Positions 13,963 to 28,322 of a stretch of 64,000 nucleotides of DNA are shown in pieces. A program made the position numbers and the translations under genes. How positions within the stretch are numbered: the stretch's first letter is position 1; every line of letters begins with the position of its first letter. The notes below the pieces were generated by a model, which was not told where the DNA came from, searched no databases, and saw only the letters and a program-made list of their open reading frames with translations. The stretch is from NCBI GenBank assembly GCA_951406725.2, contig OX597823.1, positions 64,356,001-64,420,000 of the forward strand, in the 5' to 3' direction. This DNA is from Octopus vulgaris. Taxonomy: Eukaryota.

Positions 13963-14454
13963 TTTGGAAATAAGCAGTCATTCTCTGCAAGAATTCACAC
14001 AGAATGGAGAACCACGCTGAAATTTGGCATTAATCCATCATTATAGTCTAAATATATATAAATTCTGTAATATCATAGTATAGAATAATAGAAAATGGTT
14101 CTTAGCCAAATTTTTATATTATAACATTTTCTCAACTTTTATAACTTCCCAGCAAAATTTACGGTTACAAAATGTCTAGACAATCATCTCATTTCACCGA
14201 TTATAGAGCCAATTAATTTTATATTAATTCCTCAAATTTCGGTAAGTTTATTCACCAAAATGTTTTTAGTATATGTATTTAGCTTATTGAAAATATTTAC
14301 TTTCCACTTCTATGATAATGACACTGATTACATTTAATAAGTACTTAATATGACACGAAGCAACTCTGAATATTTATTTAATATCTAATATGGTTACTTG
14401 ATTTCTACACAAATCCATTGATCATGAGATCATTTTCTCTTGATGGTTTTCATA

Positions 14455-15775
<1,321 letters not shown>

Positions 15776-16179
15776 ATTACTATTACAAAGGCAATGAGCT
15801 GGCAGAATTGTTAACTTGCTGGGCAAAGTGGTTAGTGACATTTCATCCATCCATAGGTCTTGAGTTCAAATTCTGCTGAGGTCACCTTTGTCTTTCATCC
15901 TTTCAGGGTCAATAAATTAAGTACCAGTTGAGCATTGGGCTTGATGTAATTGACTATCCCCTTCTCCCAAAATTTCAGGCCTTGTGCCTATAATAGAAAA
16001 TATTATTATCCTTATTACTATCATTATTGTTACCAAGATGGTGAGCTGGTAGAATTGTTAGAAGGCTGAGCAAAATGCTTAGTGGAATTTTCTTCGTTTT
16101 TATGCTCTGAGTTCAAATTCCACTGTTGGTAACTTTGCCTTTCACCCTTTCAGGGTCGATAGAAATAAGTACCAGGTAA

Positions 16180-16750
16180 GCACTTTTGCACATCCCAGTC
16201 TCATGATGCTTCCATCCTTCCATTTTGCATTCAAACTCAGTTCCCTGATAGATTTCACAGGGCTCCAGCACATCACACTTGATCCTACTCTTTTCCTCCA
16301 TCAGATCGTTCAGTCCAGACCTCTTTACTAAAGACCTGCACTTGTAGGTACATATGGTAAGATTAGCCCTTTTCTGCGGTGGCTTCCAGATACCTGAGAG
16401 TCTTAGTAGCCTCTCACCGTTTGGATTGCACCCCACTGCCACTGAATGATCCAACTGGTATGCAAGGAACTGAAGCCCTTTGCCTAATGTAGTTTCAGCC
16501 ATGAAGTGACACCCACTCTCCTGGATAGGTGGGCAGGTTATTCACCTCTTCAGTTAAGCCAACCTTCAGCCTCTACTGAATAGATTTTACACCCATTTTA
16601 GCAAAGGCTGTCCATCAGCATAGTTGTTAGTTCGGTACCATTGTGGTTATGTTGGACTTCCAGAGTATACATATGTATATCCACTCACCATCGGCACCAA
16701 GTGACCAGGAGCACTGCTGTGCCACATTGAAGCACTGGAATAGGACTTGC
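16180..16750 (-). mobile_element. RTE-like LINE 5' fragment (UTR plus start of the APE endonuclease)
   Basis: LTICTYKCRSL...LNDLMEEKSRIKCDVL..CEI resembles APE motifs I-II. The UTR segment 16497-16596 recurs at 13534-13633. Confidence 0.65.
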
Positions 16751-16895
16751 AGTGGATCTTAAATTATATCTTGTTTTAATCATTGTGTATTTTATTATAC
16801 TTTTTTCCACATTAATATGTTTACATGTCTATATTTCTGTACATGTACGTGTATATGTGTATATATATGTATATATATGTGTGTGTGTGTGTATG

Positions 16896-16928
<33 letters not shown>

Positions 16929-16931
16929 TTA

Positions 16932-17503
16932 AATAATAGTGGTACAACAATGCACCAATATTTATTGGAACTAGCAGTCGATAATATACGATACTATAGT
17001 AAAGCTTCACTGTATATATATACCAGCAAAATGTTATTGGGTGGCAAGCATAAAAAATTTCATCTTACCTGTAGGAAGAACATTAAATAAATGTACAACC
17101 CAGATGTGAATAATCTAGGACCTAGGTTTTGACCTTTACAAATTACGTTTGTTAACGTAAATTTGATTAGTTCTCATCGGCTAGATTTACCTGGATAAAA
17201 TCTCAAATGCTGTTTCATCAATACCAGTATACACTAGTCTGAAATACATAGCTGTTAACAGACTGAGAACAGTGAAAAAGTTTTCAAAGAAAAATTATTA
17301 AATAGTGCAATACAGTAGTGTTGCTTCCCAGTAAAACAAAGCACCATCAGGTTAAAGTATAAATAAGATAGTCGTACAGCAATGCACCAATATTTACTGG
17401 AAATAGCTGTTGATAATATATGATGCTATAGTAAAGCTTACTGTATATATATACTGGCAAAATGTTATCAGACAGCGAACATAAAAAATTTCATCTTACC
17501 TGT
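16932..17503 (+). repeat. Two copies of an interspersed repeat of about 150 bp, also present at 45143-45670
   Basis: caatgcaccaatattta.tggaa.tagc...taaagctt.actgtata...cataaaaaatttcatcttacctgt. Confidence 0.75.
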
Positions 17504-18299
17504 GGCAGTGGTTTCAGGTTCTTCAAACATTTCAGGATTAATGCCAGGTTCCTTTGCGAATTTGCAAGCTTCCTTAACAATAGAATGTGATTTGTTGCTA
17601 TTTTCATGTTTGCACACAAGTTGCAGTGTCCAAGTTATTATCATTATTGAGTGAGAGAGCAGTACATATCATCATGCCATCAAAGTGACACTGGTGGCAA
17701 ATATATAAAGCCCAGTACGCCCATCATGACTATCCGTCTGATAAGGGTACACCAGGTACATCCACCCATCCATCTATCTATCTATCTATTTATCTGTCAG
17801 TCTATCTCTCTTTCATACTCTCTCTCTCTATCTCTCTCTCAACATTTTCTCCTCTCCATCTTCTAAATACAAATTGGGATACATATATATATATATATAT
17901 TTATATATTGATTTCTCCTCTTCTTTTCCTCCCTCCAATGGATATTGTGACCTGACTGACTGATGGAGAACCACTCCTGTTTTACAATAATATTATTAAC
18001 CCTTTCGTTACCAACCCGGCTGAAACCGGCTCAGGCTCTGAGTCCAAATGTCTTGTTTTTATAAGTTTTGAATCAAAATCTTTCACGAAACCAGGCAAAA
18101 TGCTTAGTGGCATTTCATCTGTCTTTGTGTTCTGAGTTCAAATTTCACCGAGGTTGATGTTGCCATTCATCCTTTGAAGGTTGATAAAATAAGTACCAGT
18201 GAAACACTAGGGTCAATGCAGTCGACTAGCTCCCTTATCCCCCCCCCAAAATTTCAGGCTTTGTGCCTACAGAAGAAGTGATTATTAATATCATTATTA

Positions 18300-18662
18300 C
18301 AAACAATAACTCTGAGCACCTTTTCAAACTCCACCTGTCTAACACCCATGGACATATTTACAAAGTCAGAAAACAGCACAGCTCCCATGACTTTCGGAAA
18401 CATTTTTTCGCGCTAAGAGTTGCTGAAGTATGGGACAAACTGCTGGCATCAGTTGTTGGTGGTCGGAGCACTGCATCTTCAAAACTACCATGCTTCCTGA
18501 GATTCACCAACACTACACCTGATTTCCTCCCCACCATACACACTCAAGCATGTATCTGATTCATACACTGTTCACTTTCCAGACATTTGTACATTACTGC
18601 ATATGCTTTATACACACTTTTGACAAGTTGTGGTGCACCTGAGCACTGTATACAATAATTTC

Positions 18663-18665
<3 letters not shown>
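18300..18665 (+). mobile_element. CR1-clade LINE 3' end
   Basis: SNTHGHIYKVRK...RKHFFALRVAEVWDKL..SVV matches the CR1 ORF2 C-terminus. A 3' UTR and an (ATT)n tail follow. Confidence 0.82.
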
Positions 18666-18751
<86 letters not shown>

Positions 18752-19373
18752 CATTACTATTATTATTATCATTATTATTATTAGTTTGGTTTTTGAAATA
18801 ATCTAAAAATATATTGTCTGATTATCAGATATATTTGTATAAAGCTTGTTTTAGCTTGAAGCAAGGAATGTAAAGTGAAAGCGTTAATTTGCTTTTGCAG
18901 TGTTTTACTTTTAGTTTTACAACACGGTACCAATTCCATTTTGGAGTAGATATGTCCATTTCTCTTCATTCCACCAAAAGGAAAAAAAAAAAAAAAGGAA
19001 AAAAAGTGAGAGAAGCAAATATATTCACAAATAAAATGAATATAAAAAATATATATATAAATAAAATGAAGAACATAACTTGTATTCCGAACTAATTGAA
19101 GAATCACACGTGTTTTTAACAATTTTATATATATATATTCATTTTTCCCTAATTGGTGTTGTTAAACTGTTTCAAGTTAGAAGAAACAGCACAGCATATA
19201 ACACTTGTTTAAATGCCTTACAGCAGTTAGCTCCATACCTCTAAATTTATAAGTTGAAAATTCTGCTTCTGTCACCTTTTACCTTTCATCCACAGACATA
19301 TACTGATGTCAATTTAGTTCTGTATCATATAAGTATATATATATGTGTATATATATATATATATATATTTATA

Positions 19374-19422
<49 letters not shown>

Positions 19423-19578
19423 ATATATATATATATGTGTATATGTATATATATATATGTATATATATGTATATATATATATATATATGTGTCTATATAT
19501 GTATATATATATGTATATATATGTATATATATATATGTACACATGCATATATGTGTGTGTGTATACATATACATATAC

Positions 19579-19627
<49 letters not shown>

Positions 19628-20286
19628 ATATATAATATATATATATTACACACACACACACATCTGTATATATGTGTCTGTCTGTAAAAATCTGATTTCG
19701 TTTTGATAACTAAAACCAATATTTTCGTAAAATTGCAATGAATAGAATCAATTGCTTGGATTTCTTTTTTCTTATATTAACAGTTACCTGCAAAGGTAGG
19801 TAATTAGTTCTATTGATTTTTGAAGGAAGTAGCATGTTTCTAGTTTAATAGAACATATGTGGGTTTGAACTTCCTTCCTTCTTGGTTATGGTTTCGAATT
19901 TCACTTAGGTTGGATTTCCTTTATATTCTTCTGTGGGTACCAAGAAAATCAGATCCAGTTAATTGCGGCTAACTGGCTTCCATGCCGGTGACATGTAAAA
20001 GGCACCATTTGAGTGTGATTGTTACCAGCATTGCCTTACTAGCACCTGTGCCGTTGGCATATGTAAAAAGATTCGATCGAGGTCGTTGCCAGTACTGCCT
20101 GACTGGCCCCCGTGCCGGTGGCATGTAAAAGCACCCACTACACTCTCGGAGTGGTTGGCATTAGGAAGGGCATCCAGCTGTAGAAAATCTGCCAGATCAA
20201 GACTGGAGCCTGGTGCAGCCATCTGGTTTGCCAGCCCTCAGTCAAAATCGTCCAACCCATGCTAGCATGGAAAGCGGACGTTAAAC

Positions 20287-20322
<36 letters not shown>

Positions 20323-20688
20323 ATGTGTGTGTGTGTATGCATGTGTATGTGTGTGTGTCTTTGTGTCTGTGTTCGTCCACTACCACAACTTGACAACCAG
20401 TGTTGGTGTGTTTGCATCCCCGTAACTTGGCAGTTTGGCTAAAGAGACTGATAGAATAGGTACCAGGCTTAAAAAATAAGTACTGGGGTCGATTCATTTG
20501 ACTAAAAATTCAAGGTGGTGCTTTAGAGTGAACGCAGTCTAAAGACTGAAACAAGTAAAAGATAAAGAAAGATAGCGCCCCAGCATGGCCTCAGTCTAAT
20601 GACTGAAGCAAGTAAAAAAATGTAAAAGATATGCATGCATGTGCATATATGTATGTATGTTACTGTTCCTCATTTTGATATTGCATGG

Positions 20689-20907
20689 AAGGCAGCGAGC
20701 TGGCAGAAACGTTAACACACCGGGTGAAATACTTAGCAGTATTTCGTCTGCTGTTACGCTCTGAGTTCAAATTCCGCCAAGGTCGACTTTGCTTTTCATC
20801 CTTTTGGAGTAGATTAAATAAGTACCAGTTACACACTGGGGTCCATATAATCGACTTAATCCGTTTGTCCTCTCTGTGTTTAGCCCCTTGTGTGTAGTAA
20901 AGAAACA
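20689..20907 (+). mobile_element. SINE family B (Meta-domain-like core) with 12-bp TSD
   Basis: TSD gatattgcatgg at 20677-20688 and 20908-20919. Core ggtcgactttgcttttcatcc...taagtaccag. Confidence 0.9.
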
Positions 20908-22699
20908 GATATTGCATGGTAGTTGTATCTGAGTGTCACAGTCATAGAAACAGTGTCTCTTCATTCCTATCGTCCATGCTGGGTCATGAGAAATCATAAC
21001 TGAGTGCCTTGCCTAGAAAACAGGTGAGGGTTGGCAACGGGAAGAGCACTAGCTGCAGAAAATCAGCTCCAACAAAATTCTGTCTCATCCCTGGAAGCAT
21101 AGAAAAATGGACATTAAATTAATGGTGATGTGCATGTCTCTATGGAATACCCAACCATTTACATGCTGGTTCAGTGAGCCCGTTAGATTAAACTAATTTC
21201 AATGAAGATCCATTTTTATTATAAAACAATGGCGTATCTATGTGGTTTGTTTACCTGCTAGAAATAGCTGCTAAATCTCATTCATGTCATATTCTACTGT
21301 TATAATGGAAGAAGGACATACTGAACGATGATATCTCTGATGTTGAAAAAGACAAGATGGTTACAGTTGGAATACTTTTAATCAAAAGCTTGATCAATCT
21401 AGACTGACCTGGGACAAAGCTATTTCACTGAGTGAAAACGATTGTCATCTGTCTTGGGAAAATGTTGGAGGGAGCCCAGTACCCTATGAGGTTACTTAAT
21501 CAGCTAGAAACAACAGCAACATCTCCCTCATACTATAGCATACTGTTTTAAAAATAGCATGATTGTTTGTGACAGGGTGGTTCTAGTCATACAGAAAGCT
21601 GGGATAGTTAGTACTGGAATGGATCTGATCAGATATTGCTCTTGTTGTTGCTGTTTAGTCCCTGGCCAACTTTGATTAAGTAGATCTATGATCAAAGGCC
21701 TTCCAACATGACCTTCTTGTCTTTTTTCTTCTATATGCAGAAAACTCAGAGCCACATCCACTGTATCTGTTTTTGCAATTGTAGTGTGTGATTTGAGGGA
21801 GATTTGAAGGCTATTTCTAGTAAGTTAAATGAATACTAAGAGACTCTTTCATTGGCTCATTGACTGGATTCTTGCTTAATTAGGACTGACATGACCTTAA
21901 ACAACAACAGTATTAACTTGTAAAGTAGAGAGTTATGTCTACAAAATGGCACAATTTGGACTTCCAAAGCATTTGACAACATAACACAATCTCCTTCAGT
22001 ATCTCTAAAGGTTTGTGGTTTTGTGCTGAAATTATAAAATTGATTTATTTCCACATGTATCTAACTGGTTATATCAAAGTTTCTATAATATTTCCATATA
22101 GTTTCAGCGAGCAGAGAGATATATATTATTTATAAAAATAAGCACATTTGTTACAATTGTGAAGGAACAAGAAGCTATATTATCACATTAGATATGTAAT
22201 GCTGAATTTCATGAAAGAATAATCCTAAAAGAAAGAGAGAGAGAGAGAGAGAGTGAAAGAGAAAATGAAAGTGACAGAGAGAGATGAGGAAATAGCTAAG
22301 CTTTAAAAGGAAAAGTTAATATATACTGGAAAGGCAACCAGGTATATTGGTACAGATATGCAGCATATGTGCTATGACACTTTCAAAATTTGTAACTTTC
22401 TGGTCAAGTTAGAAAATGAAATAAATTTCATTTGCTTGTGAATCTAACTGCTTATTTTCATCAAGAAATCTGTAATAGTTCTGCATAGTCTCGAAAAGTT
22501 TAAAGACTCGTTGTTTATTAAATAAGCTTGTTTGTTATAATTCCAAAAGAACAATAACCTGTAATATTATTTGCATTAGATATGTAATGTTGAATCCCAG
22601 TGTGCTACGAAAATTTTCTGCTGTTCACTCAGTTTTTCTGGTACCAAACATTCTTTGTGCACGAATACTTTTCAAAATGGTGAGCCACTTAACATATAT

Positions 22700-23006
22700 G
22701 TTGTTGTTTGTTCCTTCTCGAGCCACGCCTGACACATAAGGGCCGGTTTCCTAGTTTCCTTGGCATATAGGTTCCCCACCTGGACGGATCACCGGTCTGT
22801 CGCAGGTGAGCTGCAAGATGCAGGAGGAAAGAGTGAGAGAAAGTTATGGCAAAAGAGTCAGCAGAAGTTCGCCATTACCTTTTGCCGGAGCTGCGTGGAG
22901 CTTAGGTGTTTTGCTCATAAACACATACATCGCCCGGTCTGAGATTCGAACCCACGATCCCTCGACCGCGAGTCCACTGCTCTAACCACTAGACCATGTG
23001 CCTCCA
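22700..23006 (-). mobile_element. SINE family C with TSD
   Basis: TSD cacttaacata at 22686 and 23007; reverse complement of 3400-3706. Confidence 0.88.
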
Positions 23007-24511
23007 CACTTAACATACATGTGGTATTCTCATTATTTTATTTGTGGGCCAATGTATGTGAATACCTATAGCATGACAACCACTACCACCATATCATCAT
23101 CATCATCATCATCATCATTTCAATTTCTACTTTCCCATGCTTGCGTTGACTGAACAGATTTTATTGAAGCAGATTTTCTAAGGATGATGCCCTTGCTGTT
23201 GCTAACCCTTACCTGTTTCCGAGCAAGATAATATTTCCTCATGCCCAGACATGTTTTAACTGAATTCTAAGAAATAAATGATACTGCTCGTATGACAGTG
23301 ACACAGCTATCACATGTTGTCAAGTGAAGAACATGCAAACATACATACACTCCCCCATGCATATATGTAGAAACCATCTTCAGTCATGAGTAACCTTGGG
23401 ATTGCACCTAGAAAGTTGCCCTCCAAGGTATAAATCTGGGCAAAGTTGTTTTATGGAAGACCAGCAGTCACCTATGCATACCAATCTCTCCTCTCTATGC
23501 CACCAACGTTACACAAGGGAAAGGCAAAGGCCATTACAATTTGGCACCAGTCACATTGCAACTGATTTCCATAGCTGAGTGAACTGGAGCCACGTGAAAT
23601 AAAGTGTCTTGCTCAAGAACACAACACAGAGACTGGTCTGGGAATTGAACTGACTACTACATAATTGTGTGCTCAATGCTTTAACCATTGAGCCATGCAT
23701 ATATGTATACACACTCATATGCATATACGTCAAATTACTTTCTGTTTCTTCCTACCTAATTTACTCACAAGGCTTTGGTTGGCCCAGGGCTCTATTAGAG
23801 GACACTTGCCCAAGGTGTCACACAGTGAAACTGAATCCCAAACCACATGATTGGGAAGCAAACCTCTTAACCATATAGCCATGTCTACTCCATGTTAGAC
23901 TCACCTGCACTATATTGTAAAACAAAATCTCCCTTTGTAGTGGTTGGCACATTTGGATTTCACTATATAAGTAGTTTAAATTATTGGTTCATCTGTTTTC
24001 ATGAAGGAGGAAAGCATACTTTTTTTTGCTTGTTTCAGTCATTTGACTGTAGCCATGCTGGAGCACCACCTTTAGTTGAATGAATCGACCCCAGGACTTA
24101 TTCTTTGTAAGCCTAGTACTTACTCTATTGGTCTTGTTTGTCAAACCACTAAGTGACAGGGACACAAATGCACCAGCATCGGTTGTCAAGTGATGGTGGT
24201 GGGGGAACAAACACAGACACAGGAATATATACATATATATATATATACATACAACAGGCTTCTTTCAGTTTCTGTCTACCAAATCCATGCACAAGGCTTT
24301 GGTTGGCCCAAGGCAATAGTAGAAGACACTTCCGCTAAGTGCCATGCAGTGGGACTGAACCCAGAACCATGTGGTTGGTAAGCAAGCTTCTTACCACACA
24401 GCCACAACTGCACATGGTAAATTTTTTTCTCTTTTTTAGCTACTTTCAAAAAAATGTTATTATAATGATGTAACTCAAAATGTTATATTGTTTATGCATT
24501 TATAGTTTTAA

Positions 24512-24893
24512 CCTTTTAGCATTCAAATAACTCTGTGAAATGCAATGCCTCTATACTTGTGGCAGAATTGTTAGCATGCTGGGTGAAATGCTTAGCAGTA
24601 TTTCATCTGTCACTATGTTCTGAGTTCAAATTCCACCAAGGTAGACTTTGCCTTTCATACTTTTGGGGTTGATAAATTAAGTACCAGTTGCATACTGGGG
24701 TCTTGTGGCAAAATTTCAAGCTGTTATTTTGATTTAATCAGGCATTGCCTCGTAGTTTCACAATTTTGATGGTATGTGTGTTTAGGTTTAAAATGACCTT
24801 GTAGGGTAGATGCGAGAGGTAGCATCTGATTGGTTTGAAAATAAAACAGATAAAATATATTGGCTGAATGTGGCCAATTTAGATGTCAAAGGG
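24512..24893. mobile_element. piggyBac-type MITE (TTAA-flanked) with a nested SINE B fragment
   Basis: TTAA|ccttttagc ... caaaggg|TTAA. Related copies at 38050-38302 and 47504-47723. Confidence 0.7.
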
Positions 24894-25492
24894 TTAATGC
24901 ATCCTTTATTTATGGCATGTTTACTGCACCCTTTTCTATATTTCAGTGTTTTATTTCTGTTACTGCACATGCACTTCTGGCTTCTGTTGCTGTCTTTCTT
25001 TACATAACTTCTTGCCATTTTCTGCCCTCTCCTTTTTCGTTCTTCTGATGAGTCACAGTGCATCTGAACACTGTATCTGATAATCTTACTACTACTAATA
25101 TGTCCTATCATTCCATACCATATAGAGTAATGAAATAATTGTTAGTCAATTAATTAGTTTCTATTATCCAAGTTACTGTCTTCATTTTAAATCAGAAAGT
25201 TTGAGAGAGTGGGAGGAGGAAGAAACAGGATAAGTAAAGTGTTAGATAGTAGCAATTTCAAATGTATGCAATATATTTTATTTTTCTGCCAAGGCTAAAT
25301 TAGTCATTTTAAGTTCAAATTCAAGAGTGTTATAGAAATTTCCTGTAATTAGTTTTGTTTTTCTAGTGTCAACTACATTTTGTATGTGTGTGTATATTCC
25401 AAAGAGGTGAACAAATTAGATACAAGAGTGCTTCTCACATTGTTTCTGTACCAACTTCTGTAAATACGCCAACCTCAGACATTCATCATGTG

Positions 25493-25647
25493 AAAGAATG
25501 GTGAGCCTAAACAAGAGGCGAGGAGCTAGCCATGTTTTCAAAGCAAAGAATGGTGAGCCTAAACAAGAGACAAGGAGCTAGTTAGGTTTTCAAAGCAAAG
25601 AATGGTGAGCCTAAACAAGAGACGAGGAGCAGCTAAGTTTTCAAAGC
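25493..25647 (+). repeat. Minisatellite, 3 x about 52 bp
   Basis: aaagaatggtgagcctaaacaagag..gaggagctag...gttttcaaagc repeated three times. Confidence 0.92.
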
Positions 25648-25657
25648 AAAAGCAAAT

Positions 25658-26250
25658 ATACAAGGTGCATCCCAGAAGGTTTGAGAGGTTTTTTAAGGGA
25701 GACATTTATTTATTTCAAAGAAATATTAAACCCTAATCTCCTTCAATGCACTTGTTGTAGTGCTCTAGTCCTTTCATGAAGGCCCCATGGAAGCCTTCCA
25801 AAGCCACAGCCTCCTTTAACTTCTCCTTCTGCTTAGGAACAACCAAGAGTCACAGTGAGCAAGGTCTGGATTATAGGGAAGGTGAGGGATAGTTTTGATG
25901 CCCATCTCTGTCAAGTAATTGCTTACCAAGATGGAACTGTAGACTGGTGCACTGTCCTGGTATAGGTGCTCTTTTCTTTTGCAACGAAATCTCTTCCTGA
26001 ACTTCCTCAAAACCTTCACAAAGTACCCTTTGTTGACTGTGTGGCCAGAGGGAACCCAATGGATGTAAATGATGCCCTTGCTATTGAAAGAAGGGGATCA
26101 TCATGAATTTCCCAGTTGACTTGCTTTGCCTGGTCTCTTGGCTCCTATGAGTTAACTCATAAGTAGTCTGGGACACCTTTGCTCAGTTTAACTCTAAACT
26201 TTATTGCATAGCAAGCTTTCAAATTCTCTTCACATCCTGACTGTATTTGG
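25658..26250 (-). mobile_element. Decayed mariner transposon, 3' half
   Basis: YQDSAPVY...IKTIPHLPYNPDLAHCDSWLF resembles HPPYSPDLAPCDFWLF. C-terminus reads FHGAF..LEHYNKCIEG. A TIR-like end and TA lie at about 25658. Confidence 0.78.
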
Positions 26251-26664
26251 CAAACTAATCAGGAGAGACAAGTAGTGTTTACTAGGATGTGTTCAAAGAG
26301 CCATTCCAAGTATCTCCTTCAAACTGGAATAAAAAAGTTAGGCACAGGAGTGGCTGTGTGGTAAGTAGCTTGCTTACAAACCACATGGTTCTGGGTTCAG
26401 TTCCACTGCATGGCACCTTGGGCAAGTGTCTTCTACTATAGCCTTATGGCATCTGTTTCAGTTTTGTATAGTCAGAAGTCATGTCTTGCTCCATCCCCAT
26501 AAAATGGTAATATTTCTGCATGTTGTTGTGACTAAAAGACATTATCAGCAATCTGAAAAATTCAATGGAAGCATAGTTTCCTTCATTCGACCTCATTCTC
26601 AAGATTGACTGCCCCTAAAAAAAAATCTAAAATAAAATAAAAGAGCAAAACAAAAACATTAACA

Positions 26665-26816
26665 AACTTATTGTGTACAGTGCTCAGGTGCACTACAACT
26701 TATCAGAAAAAGTAACCAAAACTGCATGAACAGTGCATAGATTAATGCACAGGAAGTGGGCAGTGAATAAGTCTTCAGAAGAAGAAGAAGAAATGATAAT
26801 AATGATGATGATAATG

Positions 26817-26853
<37 letters not shown>

Positions 26854-27209
26854 GAAGAAGAAGAAGAAAAAGAAGAAGAAGAAGAAGAAAAAAGAGGAGG
26901 AGGAGGAGGAGGAGGAATAATAATAATAATAAGAAGAAATAATGATAATGATAATAAGAAGAATAAGAATAAGAAGAAAAAGAAGAAGAGGGGGTGGAGG
27001 AGGAGGAAGAAGAAGAATAATAAGAAATAATAATGATAATGATGATGATAAGAATAAGAAGAAGAAAAAGAAGAAGAAGGAGGAGGAAGAGAAGAAGAAG
27101 AAAAATAATAATAAGAAGAAATAGAAAAGAAGAATAAGAAGAAAAAGAAGAAGAGGAGGTGGAGGAGAAGGAAGAATAATAATAATAAGAAGAAATAATG
27201 ATAATGATG

Positions 27210-27270
<61 letters not shown>

Positions 27271-27370
27271 GAAGAAGAAGAAGAAGAAGAAGAATGAAGG
27301 GGGTGCAGGGAATCAGGTGCACTATTGGTGAATTTCAAGAAGCATGGAAGTTTTGATAGATGTAATGTCT
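26665..27370 (-). mobile_element. CR1 3' UTR copy split by a compound GAA/TAA/GGA tract of about 520 bp
   Basis: 26668-26710 and 27295-27362 are reverse-complement matches to 18474-18657. Confidence 0.72.
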
Positions 27371-28269
27371 CAAGCTCAGTATGGTTTATTAAGTGGGCCT
27401 GAAGTAAAATTCTAATTCTTGGTGAAAAGACATCTCAAAAATCGATAAAGGCTTGTTTTATTTATTTATTTCTGAAATTTCTGCTCCCTAAGTAATATAC
27501 TTGTTGCTGTTGCCGAGTGACCCCTGGCATGTTTTGATTCTGCTGCACTCCTATGACACACGGGTAGTTGGTGGAACAATTAGGTGCAACACATACTACT
27601 GTTAGTTTTGTCATATAATGTCTCCACTGAGCTGAGCATCACATTGCACGCTCACATATCCAGTAAAGCTTAAATGTATGGAGTGGAGTGTGACAGGTTG
27701 AATATGAGACACCCTCTGTCTCTCTCTCCACATGCTGTCCAGTTTATGTGTGAACACTTGTTGCTGCTGTTTCACTCCTAAGTTAAACCTGGTTGAGCAG
27801 AAATATGAGCAAAGTCATTCCATCTATGACTAGCAATAACAAATCTCATAACAATCCATAACAATCTCATCCTTTTCCTACAGCCTGAAAGCCCAGGGTC
27901 ACATTATCAGACACACTCTTTTGTAAGGTTGTTGTCTTGTTATTTGAAGGAAATTTGACTGGTTTTTCTTGCAGGTCAAATGACCATGTAATCATGATTC
28001 TCAATTATTATAACATCCTGGCACACAGCAGATCAAACAGAATGTATTATTGATGTGCTTTGCAGAAAAAAAAATATATATAAAGTAATATGAAATATGA
28101 AAAACTATTGCATCCCTTCTTTGATTAATCATATTTGTGTATTGCAAGTTTATGAGTAATATGGGTATTTTTCAAGACACTTAAGCATTAGTATGGATTT
28201 TCTAAAATCTTAAATGATATTTTAAAAATAATATAGTGTATCAAGTTATCTCTTGTGGTGCACAAGTAC

Positions 28270-28322
28270 CTGGACACACTGTCTGAGAACCATTTCAGTA
28301 GAAGATTCCATTTTTGATTCTA
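28270..28322 (-). other. Candidate 53-nt micro-exon of an unidentified host gene
   Basis: Branch-like tgactaa, pyrimidine tract ttctccttattcttctctgttttg, acceptors aag/cag/tag, open frame ESKMESSTEMVLRQCVQ, donor CAG|gtact. Confidence 0.25.

Noticed and set aside
16490-16556. CTGAAGA...GAAA on the minus strand in the RTE UTR read as a hammerhead
   Set aside because: Extra unpaired bases precede GAAA and there is no NUH site with stem I; a simple hairpin explains it better.
25493-25647. CRISPR-like triple repeat
   Set aside because: It is a plain tandem repeat without unique spacers.
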